This document shows positions 32,313-41,507 of a DNA stretch of 64,000 nt, piece after piece; position 1 is the stretch's first letter; each line of letters starts with the position of its first letter. Origin of the DNA: Bdellovibrionota bacterium. Its GTDB lineage: Bacteria; Bdellovibrionota_C; UBA2361; OMII01. The notes under the pieces are model-generated. The model had not been told where the DNA came from. It ran no database searches and worked only from the letters and a program-made list of their open reading frames with translations. The stretch is taken from contig JBIJBZ010000001.1 in assembly GCA_044344945.1 (NCBI GenBank), positions 2,239-66,238 of the forward strand, read 5' to 3'. A program made the translations under genes and the position numbers.

Positions 32313-32315
32313 TCA

Positions 32316-33110
32316 CTAAGCAGCTTGCTCCTCGGAATCCTTATTAAGACCTAGGCGCTCAATGAGTTCGCCAGCTAAGGCGAGGTAGCTCTTTGCGCCA
32401 GCGCTCTGCGGGTCATATTTGCAGATAGGCAGGCCGTGACTTGGACATTCCGAAAGCTTGATGTTTCGCGGGATGCGCGCTCGAAAGAGCTTATCCCCAA
32501 AGTGCCGCTCGGCTTCATCGCGAACCTGAACCGAGAGGTTTGTGCGGGCGTCGTACATGGTAAGGAACACGCCAAGAATCTGAAGAGAGGGATTAAATGT
32601 CTGTTGGACGAACGCAATCGTGTTTAAGAGCCCAGAGAGACCCTCGAGCGAGTAGTACTCAGCCTGAAGTGGGACAATGACCGACTGCGAGGCGCCAAGT
32701 GCATTAAGGGTCAGCAAGCCGGAGGAGGGGGGACAATCAATCAAGATAACATCAAAGGCCTCACGAACATCGGCCAACGCACTCCTCAGGATAAGCTCTC
32801 TGCCAGGCGTCTTCCCGATCTCAAGCTCGAGGCTCACCAGATCGTGCGAGCCCGGAACAACGCTGAGGTTTTTGATGGAGGAGGGGACAATGATGTCCTT
32901 TAAGAGAACTTTTCCAAAGAATGCATCGTACAGGTCAGATCCCTCAGGATGCTTGTCGATACCGAGGCCGCTTGTTGCGCTAGCCTGAGGATCGAAATCC
33001 AGGAGAAGAACGCGAAATCCGAGGAGAGCTAATTGAGAGGAGAGGCTAACGGCGCTCGTTGTCTTTCCGACGCCACCTTTTTGATTTGCGAGAGCGATTA
33101 TCTGAGTCAT
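32316..33110 (-). CDS. parA: chromosome partitioning ATPase ParA/Soj
   Basis: MTQIIALANQKGGVGKTT deviant Walker A. The track ORF extends to 33158, giving a 16-aa N-terminal extension. Confidence 0.85.
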   Translation of the reverse strand: MTQIIALANQKGGVGKTTSAVSLSSQLALLGFRVLLLDFDPQASATSGLGIDKHPEGSDLYDAFFGKVLLKDIIVPSSIKNLSVVPGSHDLVSLELEIGKTPGRELILRSALADVREAFDVILIDCPPSSGLLTLNALGASQSVIVPLQAEYYSLEGLSGLLNTIAFVQQTFNPSLQILGVFLTMYDARTNLSVQVRDEAERHFGDKLFRARIPRNIKLSECPSHGLPICKYDPQSAGAKSYLALAGELIERLGLNKDSEEQAA

Positions 33111-33186
33111 ATGCAAGGAGTCTACTACGAGGTCTGTAGAGGTACCATGAGTTCGCATCAGTCACAACAAAAAAAGGCGCGGTACT

Positions 33187-33202
33187 TGTTCCACGTGGAA
33201 CA
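33187..33202. promoter_or_regulatory. parS: parS site (TGTTCCACGTGGAACA)
   Basis: Identical palindrome 30-80 bp upstream of parA. Confidence 0.7.
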
Positions 33203-33311
33203 AAGAAGGAGCACAGTGCCACTCAACGCTTGCGCCCCTGGGCGCTGGACGAGTGATTGCGACCGCACCTCTGCGTTCCACCTGTAACAAAACAGCGAAG
33301 CGCGCTCAACG

Positions 33312-33327
33312 TGTTCCACGTGGAACA
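33312..33327. promoter_or_regulatory. parS: parS site (TGTTCCACGTGGAACA)
   Basis: Identical palindrome. Confidence 0.7.
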
Positions 33328-33486
33328 TTCGAGCACGGTTGATGAAGCGCTTATGTTGAGTCCGGGCCAAGGAGAGGAATCCGAGGAGCGATAGCTGCCG
33401 TTTTCGACGTGGAGCACGTTCACAGCTACCCATCCACTTGTACCGCTGACCTTGTCATTACCCGAGAGAGGCGGTTGTGCCTGAAG

Positions 33487-33502
33487 TGTTCCACGTGGAA
33501 CA
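33487..33502. promoter_or_regulatory. parS: parS site (TGTTCCACGTGGAACA)
   Basis: Identical palindrome. Confidence 0.7.
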
Positions 33503-33806
33503 CTTCTACACCTGCCACCGGCCAACGCCCGTTGCCGCCCGACTCAAAACGTTCAATCACTCGTCCTCTGATGATTGACTAACACCTCCGCATCCGAACT
33601 CCGTTGTTGCACACCGTCGCGGTACGGAGAGAAGAGGCACGCCGATTAACCTACTGCGCTATTCGACAACTCTCCTAATCTGCGTCGCTGGACCGGCCAA
33701 CCGGAGCCCCTTGAAGATGCCTGAGTATTTCAGCCACTCGATTCAATTCGATACAGAAGGCAGGAGACGCCCCAGCAGGCAGATCAGCCAGGCGCCCATA
33801 ATTACT

Positions 33807-33822
33807 GTGATCCACGTGGAAT
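33807..33822. promoter_or_regulatory. degenerate parS-like site (TGATCCACGTGGAATA)
   Basis: Matches the palindrome at 13 of 16 positions (differs at 3). Confidence 0.3.
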
Positions 33823-34021
33823 AGAGCAGGGATACACAGCCACGCTCAGCTGCACTCGCCACAAAGCGCAAACCACCGCACGCCTACAACCGCGGCACGC
33901 GCGCTCACAACCCGAAAACGCCTACACCGAGCCAAAAAGACACCTCGACTATCCAGAGGCTGGCCAAGGTCGCTATAACAGCTAAACATAAATACAATGT
34001 TCTATTCAGACAAACACGAGA

Positions 34022-35200
34022 CTAGTCAATATCTACCTGCCGCTTTCGAATCTCCAGGAGCCCATCCATCAGGCGGGTGACCTCTTCCTCTGAGTGACCA
34101 GCAGACATAAGCACCCGAACCACCGCGGCGTTGCGCCGCGTACTGCGCGCAGGAAGCGCGTCTACCACGAGTCCACGTTGGAGGAGCGCATCTTGGAGCT
34201 CCCGAGCCTTTAACAAGGTCTCTACCCAGATTGAAAGGATAGGGGAGTCATCCTCACTCATCACAACCCAGCCCTGCGCACGCACCGCCGCTTGCACGAT
34301 CGCCGCGCGTGCGGCTAGCCGCTCTCGCTGCGTAATAGCAACTTCGACAAGATCAAGCGCGCGATGTGCAGCAGCAGCAGCGACGGTTGATGGAGCGCTC
34401 TCAAACCGCACATACCGCGAACGCGCCAATACGATCTCACGCAACTCAGTCGGACCAACTACCGCTGAGATCTCCACACCAGCGATGGCACCAAAGTGTA
34501 CGATACGCGCCAGGAGGGCAGGGGAGCTTGGCACCTCCTCTGCACTACCTGCCCCACGCAAACCCGAGAACGCCAGCGCCGAGCTCTCGTCGATTATTCC
34601 CCATGCTCCGGTCTGCTCGAGCGCCGAGATAAATCGCTTCACGGCGAGCTTCTTTCCGGTTACGCTCGACACGGCCTCAGCAACAACGAGCACTCGCCTC
34701 GCACCGCGATGGCGCTCAAGCATCTGCAGGAGCTCCTCTTCACCATCAAACTCGGCGAACTCTGCCCCTGCCAGCACACACGCGTCGGCGAGAGGAAGCG
34801 CTGTTAGAGCAGGACCAAGCACCACAACACCCTCTGAACTGAGCGCCGTGATAGTACTTAAAATAGCCTGATTTTTCGAAGAAAAGAGCAGAGCGCTATC
34901 CGCTGCAAAAAAACGTGCGGCCCGAACCTCGCACGCAGTGAGGGCAGGGGTCATACCTCCAACGTACCGACCGGTTGCTACACCCGCTCCATGCTGTTCA
35001 ACTGCGTGAATGGCGACCGTCTTAAGCTCTCGGTGTTCGTGAAGATCGAGAAGGTTCCAGCTGGTAAAACTTGTAACAATGCGCGATCGATACAATGGGT
35101 GCAGGGCATCCGCTCCGGCGCGAATCCCGATATCTGGGGTCGACAATGGGGACTCAAAGGCGAGCTCCCGCGCTAGTTCACTTTTCAGATTACCCTTCAC
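34022..35200 (-). CDS. 8-amino-7-oxononanoate synthase (BioF)/alpha-oxoamine synthase family homolog lacking the PLP-lysine and the His; probable pseudoenzyme
   Basis: Collinear with BioF by eye: LLFSSKNQAILSTITAL against LLFISGFAANQAVIAAM. DESSA sits where D-D-A-H-G is expected and HFGAIAG where TFGKGFG is expected. Confidence 0.6.
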   Translation of the reverse strand: MKGNLKSELARELAFESPLSTPDIGIRAGADALHPLYRSRIVTSFTSWNLLDLHEHRELKTVAIHAVEQHGAGVATGRYVGGMTPALTACEVRAARFFAADSALLFSSKNQAILSTITALSSEGVVVLGPALTALPLADACVLAGAEFAEFDGEEELLQMLERHRGARRVLVVAEAVSSVTGKKLAVKRFISALEQTGAWGIIDESSALAFSGLRGAGSAEEVPSSPALLARIVHFGAIAGVEISAVVGPTELREIVLARSRYVRFESAPSTVAAAAAHRALDLVEVAITQRERLAARAAIVQAAVRAQGWVVMSEDDSPILSIWVETLLKARELQDALLQRGLVVDALPARSTRRNAAVVRVLMSAGHSEEEVTRLMDGLLEIRKRQVDID

Positions 35201-35214
35201 GTTCCTATCAGAAC

Positions 35215-36312
35215 CTAGTGGGTCTTAAGGAGACAAGACTCAATAATCGGATCGATCTCACCATCGAGTACCGCATGCACATCAGAAGTCTCGAAATCGC
35301 TGCGCAGATCCTTCACTAACTGGTACGGCTGCATAACATAGTTGCGAATCTGACTACCGAAGTCGATCTTCTTACGCTGTCCTTTGAGCGAATCGATCTT
35401 GTCCTGCTGCTCCTGAATACCGAGCTCGTAGAGCTTCGACTTCAGGATCTTTAAGGCCCGTGCCTTATTTTTATGTTGAGACCTTTCGCTCTGACAGGCA
35501 ACGATTATTCCTGTCGGCTTGTGTGTGAGTCGTACCGCCGAGTCCGTCTTGTTAACGTGCTGGCCACCCGCACCCGACGAACGGTACGTATCGACCTGAA
35601 GGTCGGCCTCGTTTACCTCAACTTGAACCTCCTCCTCGATGTCGGGAGTAACACTGACGGAGCAGAACGAGGTGTGTCGACGGGCGTTAGAATCAAACGG
35701 AGATATACGAACGAGGCGGTGGACCCCCGACTCGTTACGGAGGTGCCCGTAGGCGTATGGTCCCTCAATCAGCACGGTCGCGTTCTTTATCCCAGCCCCC
35801 TCACCCGGCTGGTAGTCCATAATCTCGGTTTTAAATCTCTTACGCTCGCACCAGCGCAGGTACATCCGCAGGAGCATATCGCCCCAATCCTGCGCCTCCG
35901 TTCCACCCGAACCGGCATTAATCTCGATAATTGCGCTCTGGCTATCAAACTCGCCATTCATCTTGCACTTGAACTCGAGCGCCCCAACCGCGGACTCAAG
36001 CTCCTTCACAAGGTTCTGAGCCTCTGCCACGAACTCATCGTCCCCAGACTCCCGCGCTAACTCAAGCGCGGCCTCGGTGTCAGAGTTAAGGGATTCAATC
36101 TTCTTAAACTGCTCTAACCGCTCCACACACTGGGCGCGCTCGCGCATTACCGCCCGTGCCTTAGTGGCATCGTTCCAGATATCCCCGGCCTGAGACTCAC
36201 TCTCAAGCTGCTCAACTTTGATGGTTAGGTTAGCGATGTCAAAGAAACCCCCTAAGAACTTCAACGCGTTGGTTGAGCCCTTGGAGCTTGTACTTAATTT
36301 CTGATGGGTCAA
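35215..36312 (-). CDS. prfB: peptide chain release factor 2
   Basis: SPF and GGQ motifs: RISPFDSNARRHTSF, SGAGGQHVN. A single in-frame ORF with no programmed frameshift. Confidence 0.9.
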   Translation of the reverse strand: MTHQKLSTSSKGSTNALKFLGGFFDIANLTIKVEQLESESQAGDIWNDATKARAVMRERAQCVERLEQFKKIESLNSDTEAALELARESGDDEFVAEAQNLVKELESAVGALEFKCKMNGEFDSQSAIIEINAGSGGTEAQDWGDMLLRMYLRWCERKRFKTEIMDYQPGEGAGIKNATVLIEGPYAYGHLRNESGVHRLVRISPFDSNARRHTSFCSVSVTPDIEEEVQVEVNEADLQVDTYRSSGAGGQHVNKTDSAVRLTHKPTGIIVACQSERSQHKNKARALKILKSKLYELGIQEQQDKIDSLKGQRKKIDFGSQIRNYVMQPYQLVKDLRSDFETSDVHAVLDGEIDPIIESCLLKTH

Positions 36313-36577
36313 AGAGTATGGTCATTAGAATTGGTATACGTTGGTGGAACCGTGACGTCAATAACAGGGAATTTTCTGAAACTAGCACCTCCTCCTAGCC
36401 CGTATTTTTCACGAAGCTCGCTACGCTCGCCGAGAAAAATGGTCGAATACAGGCCATCCTTGGCCTGTTTTCTTATCGCCTACTATTTGGGTGGGACCCA
36501 AAGTGCCCACACAAACTGTAGGCTCCAAATTCCGACGCTACGCATCGGAATTTGCAAGTGCATCCATGCACTTGCTA

Positions 36578-36690
36578 GCCCGCATTGTTCATGAAACTGA
36601 GTCGCGAGAGCGCCGAGAGTGGTGATTTTTTGGGCCGAAAAAGCACCCTTATCGGCGCTTGCAGTAGCAAGCTTCATGAAATATGCGGGC
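36578..36690 (-). repeat. MITE-like palindromic element, internal-deletion variant (about 113 bp)
   Basis: cccgcattgttcatgaaactgagtcgcgagagcgccgagagtgg...gcagtagcaagcttcatgaaatatgcgggc. The reverse complement aligns with both ends of the 18807-18997 copy with the middle deleted. Confidence 0.65.
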
Positions 36691-36692
36691 CT

Positions 36693-36878
36693 GTCCTCGT
36701 CCTTCTCCTAATCCTTATCCTGCACCTGCACCTGCACCGGGCTCCTCAATCTAATCCAAGTGTTTCGCTGAACATTTGGCCTGTTGAAAAGATTAGTCGT
36801 GAAAGGCACGTAGGAGTTCTTTGATGTTCAGGAGGAAACCGGTGCAGGTGCAGGAGGATGAGAAGGATGAAGAGGAGG
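36693..36878. repeat. long imperfect inverted repeat (about 45-nt arms, about 100-nt spacer) immediately 3' of ybeY
   Basis: Left arm tcctcgtccttctcctaatccttatcctgcacctgcacctgcaccgg. Right arm ccggtgcaggtgcaggaggatgagaaggatgaagaggagga. A nested smaller inverted repeat lies in the spacer. Confidence 0.4.
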
Positions 36879-36906
36879 AAAAGAGGGTGCCTGCCTAAGA
36901 GCCCAC

Positions 36907-37434
36907 TTACCTAACCCCCAGCTCCCCACGAATAACCTGCTCCCTGCGCCGCATCCGCTGCGCCTCCTTGGCCGGAACCTTCTCGTGGTCGTATCCACAC
37001 AGGTGTAGGATACCGTGCACTACGAGTCGCACTAATTCAGCCCGCTTTGTAACCCCGAACTCCTTTGCTTGACGTAGCGTCGTCTCCGTCGAAATGACGA
37101 GATCTCCCAACGATGTTCCTCCGGCTACTGAAACCTTTGCCCGACCCGCTATCTGTTTTGGCTCAAATTGGGGAAACGATAAGACATCCGTCGGCTTGTC
37201 CTTGCCTCTAAATTCAAAATTGATCTCTCGCATGCGAGCATCGTTGATGAAGGTGACGCTGATCTCGCGTACTTCAGGGATTCCCACCTCCGTCTCTACC
37301 TTCTCAAGCACCGAGCGCACGAGCTTACGGATATCAGCTGCCGCGATCTGTAGCTTCTTGCTCTCGATTGAAAGATGAATAACCCACTGCCGCGTCTTCA
37401 CGGCCCCTTGCTTAGAACTACCCGAACGCTTCAC
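36907..37434 (-). CDS. ybeY: rRNA maturation endoribonuclease YbeY
   Basis: HGILHLCGYDHE metal-binding motif. Confidence 0.85.
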   Translation of the reverse strand: MKRSGSSKQGAVKTRQWVIHLSIESKKLQIAAADIRKLVRSVLEKVETEVGIPEVREISVTFINDARMREINFEFRGKDKPTDVLSFPQFEPKQIAGRAKVSVAGGTSLGDLVISTETTLRQAKEFGVTKRAELVRLVVHGILHLCGYDHEKVPAKEAQRMRRREQVIRGELGVR

Positions 37435-38999
37435 TCTATCCCCAACCGTCGTAAATTCCCTCGCGGACGCTCACTACCATCCTCGCTGCGACCACCGTCG
37501 CGTGGCTCGTGGCCAACCGACACCTTCTCGCTTGGCTCGGCATACGCGATGCGCTGATGGTAGATGCCGGTGAGTACCCGTGTAAAGCACTTCGCTATTA
37601 CGTGCAGATCCTGAAGGGTCAGATCGCACTCGTTCAGTTCGCCGGAAGCAAACACCTTGTTGAGCATCTTCTGCACAAGGCCCTGAATTCGATCCTGGGT
37701 TGGTTCACTCAAGGTACGCGCCGCTGCTTCGATACCATCAGCTAACATCAGAAGGCCAGCCTCCCGAGTCTGGGGCTTTGGTCCCGGATACTGATACAGC
37801 GCCCGATCAACGCTATCAGGGTCCTGTCCAAGCTCTTCGGCCTCCTTACGAGCCTTATCGTAGAAGAAATCTATCATCGAGGTTCCGTGGTGCTGCGGGA
37901 TCATCTCCTCAATCACGCGAGGCAAGTTGTAGCGCCGCACGAGATCAATCCCATCCTTTACATGTGCTCGAATAATCAAGGCAGACATCGATGGGCTAAG
38001 CTTGTCGTGACGATTATCTCCTGGCGCTTGATTCTCCACGAAGTAGAGGGGCTTCTTACTCTTTCCAATATCGTGGAAATACGCACCGACTCGGCACACG
38101 ACCGGATTGGCTCCGATTGCATCTGCTGCCGACTCCACCATCATTCCAATCACCATCGAGTGGTTCCACGTCCCCGGGGCCTGAACGCTCAACTCCTTGA
38201 GAAGCGGATGATCCAGGGTTGCCATCTCAATTAGCCGCAGATCGGAGGCATAGCCCCCCACATACTCCACAATCGGTGTCGCCATGAGCGCTGCAATCGA
38301 GCTGACGAAACCACTTACAAAACAACCGAGCACGCGCACAGCTACGTCAAACGCACTCGTTGGCGGTTGGAGCACAAGCGAAAGAAGGGCAAAAGGCGCC
38401 ATTGCATATGCGATCCGAATACTGGCCCTGATATAGCTTGCGCGCGAGCGCACACTTCGAAAGGCAACACTCGCTACAACCCCCGATGTCAAGATCATCC
38501 CAAGGGTCAGTAAGGCATTCGATGCGTACGAACCGTACACCACCGCCGCAACAAGACCTGCGAGCACGCCGAAGCTGAGCCCCAAGGTCGACTGCGCCAC
38601 GAGCACGCCAACTGTATAGGGAAGTGTGAAGGCCAGCGCTCCTTCGAAGACATCACTGCGCATCCAGTGCGCATTTCCGTACTGGAGCAGCGCAAGGGCG
38701 ATAAGCTTTACCAACGAAACTACGAGTACCGAGCCGGCAGAGAGAAGATACACAGCGGCAAAGCTCTTGCTCGCGCGCGCGCCCCGTAGTCCCATCGACT
38801 CTCGCGCTCCGATGTGTAATGCAAGGAGCGCCACGCCCACTCCAACTCCGCGCGCTACTCGCGCCGCAACCGTTGAGAGCGGCTCGAACGAGCCAAGTAA
38901 GAGCTCGGCTATACCCGCAACAGCAGCGAGGCACACGATAACAATCGGCAACCCGACTGCGCTCGGAGAGAGGGGATCACTACGCTTCGTCGCGATCAT
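37431..38999 (-). CDS. 7TM-receptor with intracellular HD/HDIG phosphohydrolase domain (PgpH/YqfF-like)
   Basis: Multiple TM helices then AYFHDIGK...HDK HD domain. The track start at 39047 would overlap phoH by 68 nt; the ATG at 38999 is preferred. Confidence 0.75.
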   Translation of the reverse strand: MIATKRSDPLSPSAVGLPIVIVCLAAVAGIAELLLGSFEPLSTVAARVARGVGVGVALLALHIGARESMGLRGARASKSFAAVYLLSAGSVLVVSLVKLIALALLQYGNAHWMRSDVFEGALAFTLPYTVGVLVAQSTLGLSFGVLAGLVAAVVYGSYASNALLTLGMILTSGVVASVAFRSVRSRASYIRASIRIAYAMAPFALLSLVLQPPTSAFDVAVRVLGCFVSGFVSSIAALMATPIVEYVGGYASDLRLIEMATLDHPLLKELSVQAPGTWNHSMVIGMMVESAADAIGANPVVCRVGAYFHDIGKSKKPLYFVENQAPGDNRHDKLSPSMSALIIRAHVKDGIDLVRRYNLPRVIEEMIPQHHGTSMIDFFYDKARKEAEELGQDPDSVDRALYQYPGPKPQTREAGLLMLADGIEAAARTLSEPTQDRIQGLVQKMLNKVFASGELNECDLTLQDLHVIAKCFTRVLTGIYHQRIAYAEPSEKVSVGHEPRDGGRSEDGSERPRGNLRRLGIE

Positions 39000-39984
39000 A
39001 CGCTTGAATAATCCTGGATACGAGCGGGTGTCGCACCACATCCTCATCGGTGAAGTGGACGATTGAAACCCCCTGGGTATCTTTCAAGATCTTGAGTGCG
39101 TGACTCAACCCAGACTGCACCCCACGAGGGAGATCGATCTGCGTCGCATCTCCCGTAATCACGCACGTCGAGCCAAAACCAAGTCGGGTCAGAAGCATCT
39201 TCATCTGCACCGAGGTCGTATTCTGAGCCTCGTCGAGGATCACAAACGCATTCGACAGAGTTCGTCCTCGCATAAATGCAAGTGGCGCCACCTCAACAAC
39301 TCCCTTCTCAACCAACTCCTTGGCTCGATCGAAATCAACCATGTCGTGCAGCGCGTCGTAAAGCGGTCGCAGGTACGGATTCACCTTCTCCGCCATATCA
39401 CCGGGAAGGAATCCGAGCTTCTCTCCAGCCTCGACCGCTGGCCGACAGAGCACTATCCGCTTTACCTCTTTATTGAGGAGTGCCGTCACCGCCATCGCCA
39501 TCGCGAGGTACGTTTTTCCGGTACCAGCCGGCCCGACGCCGAAGACAATGCTGTGGCTCTTAATCTCCTCGATGTAACTCTTCTGACGGAATGTCTTCGG
39601 AACGATCTTAGTACGCTTGCCGCTTACTCGGATCTCATCTCGAAAAAGCTCTTCGAGTTGAAGTCGACGATTGCTGGATAACATCTTTATCGCGCGTTCG
39701 ACGTCACCCTTAAAGATAACTTCGCCTCGCTCCACGAGGCCCCGCAACTGAACGAGGAGATCGTGTCCCAGCTCAACATCGGTGTCCTGTCCGATCAGGG
39801 TAAGCCCCTGCGGCGTTCGGCCGATCTTTAAACCAAGCTCTCGTTCGATTGTTCGTAAATTTTCGTCTTTGTCGCCAACCAAGCTCTGCATCACAGTCGA
39901 TTGGGGGAAGGCTACCTCCATCTCTTTTGTAGCCCCTTTGGGATCACTTGCGCGTCGTCCGTATCCTGTCATCTGGTCTCTCAA
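38980..39984 (-). CDS. phoH: PhoH-like ATPase (PhoH/YbeZ)
   Basis: VFGVGPAGTGKTYLAMAMAV P-loop; conserved phoH-ybeY neighbourhood. Confidence 0.9.
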   Translation of the reverse strand: MRDQMTGYGRRASDPKGATKEMEVAFPQSTVMQSLVGDKDENLRTIERELGLKIGRTPQGLTLIGQDTDVELGHDLLVQLRGLVERGEVIFKGDVERAIKMLSSNRRLQLEELFRDEIRVSGKRTKIVPKTFRQKSYIEEIKSHSIVFGVGPAGTGKTYLAMAMAVTALLNKEVKRIVLCRPAVEAGEKLGFLPGDMAEKVNPYLRPLYDALHDMVDFDRAKELVEKGVVEVAPLAFMRGRTLSNAFVILDEAQNTTSVQMKMLLTRLGFGSTCVITGDATQIDLPRGVQSGLSHALKILKDTQGVSIVHFTDEDVVRHPLVSRIIQAYDRDEA

Positions 39985-40147
39985 TTACTACGGCTTATCG
40001 CCACCATCTAACGGTGGAAAAGCCCTCTAGCTACATTACCATGATTCTCCCAAAGAGGTTAATCACTATTATTACCTACACATCGCCAACTTGCTGACTA
40101 TACGAGGGAAGCGAGACAACCCCTTTGCACTTCCCCACGTGAACGTG

Positions 40148-40180
40148 GCTCGTGCTCGTAAACGTGAACGTACCCGAAAA
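40148..40180 (-). promoter_or_regulatory. (AACGTR)n conserved intergenic element, copy 3, about 170 bp upstream of phoH
   Basis: cgtgctcgtaaacgtgaacgtacccgaaaa, flanked by the 8-bp inverted repeat ccccacgt...acgtgggg. Confidence 0.4.
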
Positions 40181-40241
40181 CGTGGGGTTTTTAGTTACGG
40201 GACGTAGACATCGCGTAGTTCTTTGCCTCGCTTCCCATCCA

Positions 40242-41507
40242 TTACGCCGTAATTGGGTATTCCGCCGGTGCCGGATATCCAAGCAACTCCCGCCGCACGA
40301 GATCGAGCGTCACATAGGCTGCATAGGTGCGAATTATGCTCCGCTCACTGCCGTAAAAACACCGCAGTTCAAAACTACGCCGCGGCCCCGAAATACCAAC
40401 ATAGAACGTACCCACTGGTTTTTCGTCAGTTCCTCCGCCGGGGCCAGCCACGCCGCTGACCGCGACACCGTAGGTCGTGTTCATCATGGTCCGTACCTCC
40501 TGCGCCATAATACGAACAACCTCTGCGCTCACAGCGCCGTGTTGTTCGAGAACCTCTTTCGGCACGTGTAGTACTCGCTCTTTGATCGAGTTGTCGTATG
40601 ACACAACGCTACCCTTAAACACCTCCGACGAGCCCGGCGTTCGAGTGAGGTACTCTGCGATAAGACCGCCGGTGCACGATTCGGCCGTGGCAATCGTTGC
40701 TCGTTGGGTGAGAAATAGCTCTTGGAGCTTCTCAAAAAAATTCTGTGTCGGGTCTTCGGTAAATATCATCTCCGAGCCAAGAGCTGCGCGCACCTTCTCG
40801 GCAGAGGGACTAAGATCGAAGCTCTCTACTGCCTTGAGGCCAACGTGAATCTCTGGCATCGCGGCACGATACGACACCGTAACTTCGTTGGGCAGTTGGC
40901 AGCGCTCAATTAGTTTACCAACGTACGACTCCGGCATTCCGAAGGTCTTAAAACTGATCTTGTGCAGTCGCTGTAGCCCTTGGGCGCGTTCCATAATCAG
41001 CGGCAGCACCGAATCGGTGAACATCTTCTTAAACTCGCGCGGGACGCCGGACAGCGAACAGACAACAAGACCGTCACCCCGAACCATCGTAAATCCGGGC
41101 GCGGTTCCCAATTCATTCGGAATCATCACCGATCCGACCGGCAGGTAGGCTTGCTTGATGTTTGACGCATCAAGGGTGCGTCCTCGTTTTTTTAAGAACC
41201 CCTCAAGGTGTGCTCGCGCCTTCGGTTCCTCATACAACCCAACACCGAAGAACTCTGAAACGATATCGCGCGTGAGATCGTCGGTCGTGGGACCCAGCCC
41301 GCCGGAGGTGATAATCAGTTTGCTCACACTACTGAGCTCTCGCAAGCCAGCTACGAGTTCGCCTCGATCGTCATCAACGAGCAGAACCCGCTGCAACTTG
41401 AGCCCACACTCAGAGAGCGCCTGCGCAACGAAATTCGAGTTAGTATCGACAACGCGGCCATCAAGTAACTCTGAGCCGGTTGCTAAGATTGATACGGGAA
41501 AGCTCAT
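40242..41507 (-). CDS. cinA: competence/damage-inducible protein CinA (MocF-like + CinA C-terminal domains)
   Basis: N-terminal ILATGSELLDGRVVDTNS; 421 aa. Confidence 0.8.
   Translation of the reverse strand: MSFPVSILATGSELLDGRVVDTNSNFVAQALSECGLKLQRVLLVDDDRGELVAGLRELSSVSKLIITSGGLGPTTDDLTRDIVSEFFGVGLYEEPKARAHLEGFLKKRGRTLDASNIKQAYLPVGSVMIPNELGTAPGFTMVRGDGLVVCSLSGVPREFKKMFTDSVLPLIMERAQGLQRLHKISFKTFGMPESYVGKLIERCQLPNEVTVSYRAAMPEIHVGLKAVESFDLSPSAEKVRAALGSEMIFTEDPTQNFFEKLQELFLTQRATIATAESCTGGLIAEYLTRTPGSSEVFKGSVVSYDNSIKERVLHVPKEVLEQHGAVSAEVVRIMAQEVRTMMNTTYGVAVSGVAGPGGGTDEKPVGTFYVGISGPRRSFELRCFYGSERSIIRTYAAYVTLDLVRRELLGYPAPAEYPITA

Noticed and set aside
33158-33525. ORFs 33158..33433 and 33223..33525 (91 and 100 aa) upstream of parA
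   Set aside because: They overlap each other and are made from the parS palindromes; no ribosome-binding sites. This is a non-coding centromere region.
35215-36312. Looked for the programmed +1 frameshift site typical of prfB
   Set aside because: The ORF is continuous from its ATG through the region aligning with the E. coli shift site, so RF2 is encoded in frame here.
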